Source: the human T2T-CHM13v2.0 reference genome, Homo sapiens
Strand: one strand, 5' to 3'
DNA: 64,000 nucleotides
NCBI RefSeq assembly: GCF_009914755.1
Contig: NC_060947.1
This document shows, one piece after another, positions 55,671-64,000 of this stretch (position 1 is the first letter of the stretch; every line of letters begins with the position of its first letter). A model generated the notes under the pieces. It had not been told where the DNA came from. It made no database searches and was given only the letters and a program-made list of their open reading frames with translations. Made by a program: the position numbers and the translations under genes.

Positions 55671-56349
55671 CTTAAAGGAATTCTTGATGTGATGATGAGG
55701 TTTTTGATGTTGCTATCTATTACTTTCTTCTCACCTCCAAAGCTTAGACCAGAGAGAAACTGATTGACTGAAGGCTTAGTTAGTAGGGTTCAACTTAATT
55801 AAAATTTTATTTTTCCATATTATAAGCTTTCTCAACTAAACTAAATAATTCTAAAATAACGTATAAAAATTCCTGTCCCACTAGTTGATTGATTTAATTA
55901 AAGTGGAAAAAAATTGCCCAGAAAAATTCACTGTGTATCCTACATTGTGCCACAGACTGCTAGGCATTAGGGAGACAAAGCTGAGGTAACTGTATCAATG
56001 AAAGTGCCCTGTGCAAGAATGCACAACGAATAATAGCCACAGCTGACTATGAGCATGCCCTAGCAGAGGAGAGACATACAGGGGCCAACTCTTGCAACCA
56101 GTGGTAGAAGTACATCCCAGAGGAGGGAGGACTCACTCAGCCTCGATTCTGCATAGTAGGGAAAGGTACAACAGACAAAGCACAGAGTATTGTCTACAAG
56201 GATCAATTCTGATTAATTCTTTTTTGAGGGCAGTCTGAGTGCTGAGGAACCTAGTAGACAGTGACTGCCCTCTGGGAGCTCACAGTGGGGTTACAAAAAG
56301 AAGACATGGTGCTTACAAGACAGAATGGGTGTCAAGAGGGTAGACAAAG

Positions 56350-56570
56350 TAGCAACTACCCTTTATTACTACAGGCTTACTATGTGCTAGGCATTATGCT
56401 AAGTGCTTCATGTAGCTTTGTTTCCTATATCCTCACAATATCCCTTTGACAATATCCCTTTCTGAGATGAGGAAGCTGAGCCTAAGCAAGGTAATTTGGT
56501 TTGCTCCACAAGGCCAAGTGCTGGTTCCTAGATTCAAACCCATATCTTAGGCCTAGGTGCTAGTCACCAT
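56350..56570 (-). mobile_element. MIR SINE
   Basis: 'gcttactatgtgctaggcattatgctaagtgctt...gagatgaggaagctgagcct'. Confidence 0.75.
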
Positions 56571-56689
56571 GTTCTTCTTTGGGGGCTAAAAGGAGGGAGA
56601 GAAAATCCTCTGAAAATTTATAGCAGCAATATAAATCCAAATACAGCAAGTATGTGATTCTCTTTTCTGTCCTACTGATCTATTTAGTA

Positions 56690-57800
56690 CAGTGCTAATA
56701 ATATACTGATTTGATTAGATTAAGGTGGTATTATAATGTGTTGGATATCTGGTACTACAAAATGATATTTTAATTCAGTGGGAACAAGATGGATAATTTA
56801 ATAAGTGATAATACATCTGGCATCCTTTGAGAGAAAAATAATATTGCATAAATACTATCTTTCATCACATACTAAAATAAATTCCAGAGGAAGACTTAAA
56901 TATAAAAAAATTACAATCTTGTAGAAAAATCCTGGAGTATATGTGCAAGACAGAGGACAAGATTGGATACTCAGAAGCTATGAAAGGAAAGAGGGGCTTA
57001 CTAAACATTATATGAATTTAAAAATTCTGTATGGCAAATGAAAACATAAATGAAAGCCACAGACAAATAATAATTTTAGAAATGTTTTTGTAATGCAAAG
57101 GGCAGATAGAAAGTATGTCTAAAATACACAAAGAGCTCTTGTAAATTGGGCAAAGGAGGCAAAAAACAACCTAAAGAAAAAATCAAGAAAGGATGTAAAG
57201 AGACACTTTCACAGAATAGTAATTTAACAAGCTAAGCAAACTTATGAAAAATGCTCAAATTCACTAATAGTCAAGGAGTTTCAAATTAAAGCAATAATGC
57301 GATATCACCTTACAGCCACCAGACAGGCAAAATGTTTAAAAGTGATACAGCTGCTTCCTGAAGAGATGTTGAAAGATCCTGAAATATGCTTTACCTCAGA
57401 AATCTCGTTCTTGAGGATATGTGCCATGGAAATATAAGCACCAATGTACAATACTCTCTATATAAGTTTGTTTATTATAGCATTTTCTGTAGTCATGCAC
57501 ATGCACACAGATGAAAACAAAGAGAATGTTGTTAATAGGGAAGATGCCTGAATAAATTGATAAGCCATCAATGCAGTGAAATATTATGCAAACATAAAAA
57601 AGAATAAAATAGAGCTCTACCAGGTGATTTGAAAGAGTTTCTATGAAGAATTGTTAAATATGAAAATAAGATGCAGAAAAATGTCCCATTTTAATACATA
57701 TTTTAAATGGTATATGTAACCTGTATATAATTATTTGGCCATGAAGAACGATATGAAAGGATACATACCAAGCTTTTAACATAGGTGGGAAGGGTAGTAG
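56690..57800 (+). mobile_element. L1ME 3' region, decayed
   Basis: 'catactaaaataaattccag' and 'atgaaaaatgctcaaattcactaatagtcaagga...caaattaaagcaataatg'. Confidence 0.7.
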
Positions 57801-58679
57801 AGTGGAAAGGGGTGTAGGGAGTAAATGATGTGGGTGGAGAAGATGGAGAGAAGTGAGCCATGTAAAAAAGGGGAAAACACAGAGACTACACTAAAGAAAA
57901 ATCCCATGCATGTTTGCATTTTTCTTCTTTAAGAAAAGTCTAGGCACTTTTTTGTTTGTTTGTTTGTTTGTTTTTTGCAACTTTTTCTGTGTAGCCCAAA
58001 AGAAGGTAATCATTGTTAGGCCTATTGATGGCGACTGCAGCTGTTAGCATATGTGCAAAACAGGCTCACATGACTGAGGAAGAAAATTCCAATTGCTATG
58101 AAGTATAACCTTCACTAGAGTATGGAGACCATAGATTTGCCCAAGACCATGAAATTCTGAGTGCATCAATTTTAAACAGTGCTTTTCAAAGCTTAGCTCC
58201 TGGTTAACAAGAATTACTAAGCAAAATGGAAAGTTCCCTGATGGCACACATTGGCAATAAACTGAGTTCTGCCATAATTATGGAATTGATTTGAGGGTTG
58301 TTCCTCTCTGTTTGCCTCTGTCCCAAAATCGCTCTGGCCCCTTCCATTCTGTTTCCTTAAACGTTTTCTGGTTGTCAACTTTACATCTCAGTGGTAGGCT
58401 TTTGGAAACCAAGTGGGCTATTTAAAGAAAAATGAAGAAAATATATCCTAGAATAGATTTAAGATGTCTGTGCTGCCAATATGTGCTGCCAATGTTGCTT
58501 GCAGTGGTTATTGGGAAACTTCCCACTTATAGTTCCTACAGACAGGGAGGAGGTCCTCCCTAACCAGAGAATCAATCCAATAAAAAGATACAGGATGCAG
58601 CCTTCTCCATCTCTCCAGAAAAAAATGCCAAGAACCTAAGCTGAGGCTTTGGTAATTGGTGTGGGAAAGACAGTTTGCT

Positions 58680-58935
58680 TCTCCAAGTCATGTGAATATT
58701 TTAAAGGGGAACTGAGATGACACCATTTATAGAAATACGCAGGTATGGAAGAAGAGCAGGTTTGGGGAGGTGAAAGATATTTCTCCAACAGATCCATGCC
58801 AGGCATCAGGGTGGATAGTTTGAGCAGGGCCTTGGAAAGGTGGGACTTGAATTTAGGAGAGAGGTAAGGCCTGCAATAGGTAAAACTAGAAGCCTGAAGC
58901 ACTGAAAGAGTCTAAGGAGAAGAAAAAAGAGACAA
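58680..58935 (-). mobile_element. L2 fragment
   Basis: 'gacaccatttatagaaata...gaagagcaggtttgggg...ttaggagagaggtaaggcctg'. Confidence 0.55.
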
Positions 58936-58943
58936 AGGAACCA

Positions 58944-59385
58944 TGTATTAGTCAGTGTTCTCTAGAGGTACTGAGCTAATAGGAGATATATATGAGTTTA
59001 TTAAGGAGTATTAAACTCACATGATCACAGGGTCCCACAATAGGCTGTCTGCAAGCCAAGGAGCGAGGAAGCCAATACGAGTCCCAAAACTGAAGAACTT
59101 GGAGTCTGATGTTGGAGGGCAAGAAGCATCCAGCAGCATGGGAGAAAGATGTAGGCTGGGAGGCTAAGCCAGTCTAGCCTTTTCATGTTTTTCTGCCTGC
59201 TTTATATCCTGGCCATGCTGGCAGCTGATCAGATGGTGCCTACCCAGATTAAGGGTGGGTCAGCCTTTCCCAGTCCACTGTCTCAAATGTTAATCTCCTT
59301 TGGCAACACCCTCACAGACACACCCAGGATCAATACTTTGCATCTTTCAACCCAATCAAGTTGACCCTCAGTATTAACTATCACA
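58944..59385 (-). mobile_element. MLT2A (MLT2A1-like) 3' LTR of HERV-L
   Basis: tgtattagtcagtgttctctagagg...cagtattaactatcaca; adjacent polypurine tract (caaggggtggact on minus). Confidence 0.93.
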
Positions 59386-59779
59386 AGTCCACCCCTTGTC
59401 AACTTGAACCCATACACATCTCCTGAGATCATACATAATCTTCAAATAAAGACAATAATAAGGTCATAATTACGCCTAACATAATGCAACTATTCCTTCA
59501 TACAACCGGAAATGCACCAATCCCCAACCCAAATGCTATTACATACAGTTAACAACACTTAAATGCTGATATGAAGTCAATAAATCTTCTGTCACATGAT
59601 AAAGGAAAAAGGAAATAAAATGAAGGTATTTTCATAGCACAAGTGTATACAGGCACAAACATGTTTTTAACAAAAGGAGGAGGAAATACTCATGACAATT
59701 ACAGTTCTCCTTTCTGCAACTGGTCACGTGGTCATAGCTGGTATTGATGATGACCTCCTTCTTCTACCAATTCTATATT

Positions 59780-62700
59780 CCCTTTGCCTTCAGCAAGCAC
59801 CTCAGCAGGTCATGGTTTTCTTCCTGGTGGAGTTACTCAAACCTTCATTCCTGAAGGTTGTGGGCCATTTGTAGTCCTGCCTGGATTGGGCTTTTGTAGT
59901 TTCTCATTGACCTTAATCACAGGGCATGGTAATACTAAGAGACACCCCAAGGGATCTCCTGTATTCTACGCATACTCTTCCTTACCTCCATTGTGGAGTA
60001 TTAGACTGATTTCTTCTTGATAGTTCAGGTTGATCACCCCAGCCAATACTGTAACTCTCTTCTTAGCCTGTTGGCTTAGAGGTAGGAGGAGCCCAAAGTG
60101 GCCAGTGACAATATTAACTTCCAGTTTAATGGAATCATTGTTGTTTCTCCTGGTAGCAGTGTTCCTCCCTCTGGAACTAAGACCTCTAGGCTAGCAGAAA
60201 ATAATGTCGCAGGAACAGAAAGTGAAAATTTTGCTAGTGAATCACTAGGGGTAATGGTGAGCGGTGCCACTTTCACTTCCATCCCTTGATTCCTGGACCC
60301 ATGAATCCTGGCTATAGAAGAAACAGTACCATATATTGCATGCTGATTCAGAGCATACACGACCTTCTGGAGAACTTTGCCCCAGACCTGCAAAGAATTG
60401 TCACCTAGTTGACGTTGTAATTGTGACTTTGAAAGGCCATTTCACCGTTCTATCAATCGAACTGCTTCAGGATGATGAAGAACATGGTAAGACCAGTGAA
60501 TTCTATAAGCATGAGCCCACTGTTGCACTTCTTTAGCCATAAAGTGAGTGCCTTGGTCAGAGGCAATGCTGTGTGGAATACCATGACAGTGGATAAGGCA
60601 TTCTATGAGTTCATGGATGGTAGTCTTCGCAGAAGCATTGCATGTAGGTTAGGCAAACCCATATCCGGAGTAAGTGTCTATTCCAGTGAGGACAAACTTC
60701 TGCCCTTTCTGTGATGGAAGAGCTCAAATATAATCAACCTGCCACCAGGTAGCTGGCTGATCACCCCAAGGAATTGTGCCATATCAAGAGCTCAGTATTG
60801 GTCTCTGCTGCTGGGAAATTGGACACTTAGCAGTGGCCACAGCCAGGTCAGCCTTGTTGAGTGGAAGTCCATGTTGCTGAGCCCATGCATAACCTCCATC
60901 CCTGCCACCATGGCCACTTTGCTCATGGGCCCGTTGGGTGATGACAGGGGTGGCTGGGGAAAGAGGCTGAGTGGTGTCCATAGAATGGGTCATCCTATCC
61001 ACTTGATTATTAAAACCCTCCTCTGCTGAGGTCACCCGTTGGTGAGCACTCACATGGGATACCAATATCTTCACAGTTTTTGACCACTCAGAGAGGTCCA
61101 TCCACACACCTCTTCCCCAAATTTCTGTCACCAATTTTCCAACCATGCTTCTTCCAAGTCCCTGACCATCCAGCCAAACCACTGGCTACAGGCTGTGAAT
61201 CAGAATATAATAGCATATCTGGCCATTTCTCCTTCCATGCGAAGTGCACAGCCATGTGCACTGCTTGAAGTTCTGCCCACTAGAAAGATTTCCCTTCATC
61301 ACTGTCCTAGAAAGAGGCTGTAGTGCTGCAGCTGTCCACTTTCGGGTGGTGCCTGCACATCTTGCAGAGCCATCTGTGAACCAGGCCCTAGTCTTCTCTT
61401 CCTCTGTCAATTGATCATAGAGAACTCTCCATGAGACCATTGGTGCAGGCTGGGGGAGAGAAAGCAAGGTGGCAGGAGTGGAGACCATGGGCATTTGAGC
61501 CACTTCCTCATGTAACTTACTTATGCCTTCAGGACCTGCTTGAGCCCAATCACATATATACCACTTCCATTTGATGATGGAATGCTGCTGTGCACGACCT
61601 ACTTTATGGCTAGACAGGTCAGAAAGCATCCAGTTCATGATAGGCAGTTTAGGTCACATGGTGACTTGATGACCCATAGTCAAACCTTCAGTTTCCACCA
61701 AAGCCCAGTAACAGGCCAAGAGCTGTCTCTCAAAAGGAGAGTAGTTATCTGCAGATGGCAGGGCCTTGTTCTGAAATCCTAGAGGCCTCCACTGTGATTC
61801 GCCTATGGGGGCCTGCCAGAGGCTCCAAACAGCATCCCTATCTGCCACTGACACCTCAAGCACCATTGGATCTGCTGGGTCATACAGCCCAAGTGGCAGA
61901 GCAGCTTGCACAGCAACCTGGACCTGTTGCAGACCCTTCTGTTCTGGACCCCACTCAAAACTGGCAGCCTTTCAGGTCACTCGATAAATGGGCTGGAGTA
62001 ACACACCCAAATGAGGAATGTGTTGCCTCCAAAATCCAAGTGGGCTCACTAGATGTTGTGCCTCTTTCTTGGTTGTAGGAGGGGCCAAATGCAGCAACTT
62101 ATCCTTCACCTTAGAAGGAATATCTCTACAGGCCCCATACCACTGGACTCCTAGAAATTTTACTGAGGTAGCAAGTCCCTGAATTTTAGTCAGATTTATT
62201 TCCCATCCTCTGGCATGCAAATGTCTCACCAATAAGTCCAGTGTGCTTGCTACTTCTTGCTCACTGGATCCAATCAGCATAATGCCATCAACGTAATGGA
62301 CCCAGTGTGATATCTTGTGGAAGCGAAAAGAGATCAAGGTCTCTCTGAATAAGATTATGACACAAAGCCAGAGAGTTGATATACCCCTGAAGTAGGACAG
62401 TAAAGGTATATTGCTGACCATGCCGGCTGACGGCAAATTGCTTCTGGTGGGCCTTATGGACAGGAATGTAGAAACAGGCATTTCCCAAGTCAATGACTGC
62501 ATACCAGGTACACAGAGATATGTTAATTTGCTCAAGCAACGAAACCACATCTGGTACAGCTGCTGCAATTGGAGTCACCACTTGTTTAAGCTTGTAATAC
62601 TCCGCTGTCATTCTCCAAGATCCGTCTGTCTTCTGCACAGGCCAAATAGAAGAGTTGAAGGGGGATGTGGTGGGAATCACCACTTCTGTGTCTTTCAAGT

Positions 62701-63130
62701 CTTTGATGGTGGCAGTAATTGCTGCAATCTCTTTCCAGGGATGCGATATTGTTTTTGATTTACTATTTTTCTAGGTATAGGCAGCCCTAATGGCTTTTAT
62801 TTGGCCTTTCCCACCATAATAGCCCTCACCCTCCCAGTCAGGGAGCCAATGTGGGGGTTCTACCAGCTGCTAAGTATGTCTATGCCAATTATGCATTCTG
62901 GCACTGGGGAAATGACACAGGATGAGTTCATGGACCCACTGAACCAACTGTAAGTCAGACCTGAGCTAAAGCTTCATTAATTACCTGACTTCCATAAGTC
63001 CCTACTTTAACTGAAGGATCACAATGACATTTTGAGTCCCCTGGAATCCACGTCAGCTAAGAGCCAGTGTCCAGTAGTCCCCGAAATATCTGATCATTTC
63101 CCTTTCTCAAAATGCACAGTTACCCTGATA
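59780..63130 (-). pseudogene. HERV-L pro-pol-dUTPase, disrupted
   Basis: Protease LLDTGS* (~63060-63085); RT SPFNSSIWPVQKTDGSWRMT and HYVDG (YxDD mutated); RNase H WFTDGSA; IN HEQSGHGG; dUTPase VLVPEGGTLLPGETTMIPLNW. Confidence 0.92.
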
Positions 63131-64000
63131 AAAGGCCGGAGGTCTCCTTGGGGAAGGATGGGAGAAAGATTAGCAGCATAAATTGTCAGTATTGTATTGG
63201 GGTCCTTCCTTAAGGGGACCCAGCCTCCCCTTCATTCAAGGGGTTCTGGGTGTGTAAACTTGCTCAAGTCTGGAAATTGATTAAGGGGCCATAATTCTCT
63301 GTTTCTATAATTCAAATTAGTATTTTGTCCATTCAACCTGAAGATTTCTGCTTATATAAATTAAGTAGAAATATAGTAGGCTTCCTATCAATTTCACTTC
63401 TGGGAACACCGTGATTAATTAGCCAATGCCAGAGCTCTACATAAGTCAAACTATTCTGATTGCTGCTTTGCCTCTGCTGTCCATTACAGTAGCTATGCCC
63501 ACCTTGCCTTCGGTGGTTGAGTGCCACCACTTGGCCCCTGCCACCTCGGGATCCAATTATTCCCATTGAATTTAAATTTTGTAGTTGAGTGACTGCAGAT
63601 CCCACTGTTAGATCTGACATACAGAGAAGAGCAATTACAGGGCTCTTCATAGATGCAGGTGCTGCCTCACAAATCTATTTTGCAAAGCACTGGTCAAGAG
63701 TATATCTTCTGGACCCTCCCAGCTGGGATGAGTAGGTCTAAAGTGACTAATCCACTCCACCATCCCAATCTCTCTAAGCATTTAGATCCCTTCCTCTACA
63801 TTAAATCAAGAGAGATCAGGCATTTCTAGCTCACTCACAGTGGGCCATCTTTTAATCCATATTTCAGCTAACCAAGCAAATAAGCTATTAGAAACTTTTT
63901 TTAACTCCCCGAGCTGCAACATTAAAAGCAGAGTCCCTACTTAGTGGGCCCAAATCGATAAATTCAGCCTGTTCCAACTCTGTTTCTTCCACCATTATCC
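63130..64000 (-). pseudogene. HERV-L gag 3' part, disrupted
   Basis: GGRGQVVALNHRRQGG...LWHWLINHGVPRSEID. Confidence 0.85.

Larger units (their letters stand above)
59386..64000 (-). mobile_element. HERV-L internal region, continues beyond the window
   Basis: gag-pro-RT-RNaseH-IN-dUTPase order on the minus strand; no env. Confidence 0.95.

Noticed and set aside
58469-58494. Tandem duplication tgtgctgccaat x2 (similar small duplication at ~29172-29222)
   Set aside because: Common slippage-type micro-duplication with no further structure

Overview
Primate, almost certainly human, genomic DNA (it contains a near-perfect young AluYa-lineage element). It is AT-rich and mostly interspersed repeats: nested L1 (L1PA/PB/MA/MB/MC/ME), Alu, MIR, L2, MaLR/ERV solo LTRs, hAT MITEs and the 3' part of a HERV-L provirus at the right edge. 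Nearly all ORFs in the track are repeat-derived or spurious. The main exception is a repeat-free island at ~19.1-21.1 kb. It holds an apparently intact two-exon, minus-strand gene split across two ORF-track entries: ATG 20672, a 188-nt phase-0 GT-AG intron, TGA ending at 19999, and AATAAA at 19965-19960. It encodes a 161-aa, very lysine-rich protein that resembles, from memory, the X-linked testis families CXorf51 and SPANX-N. Other notable items are a perfect 41-bp inverted repeat, a templated insertion copied from 1.5 kb away, a scrambled L1, a candidate 78-nt exon and a CpG-retaining unique block at ~53-55 kb. Repeat subfamily names are by eye from remembered consensus sequences, and boundaries without TSDs are approximate.
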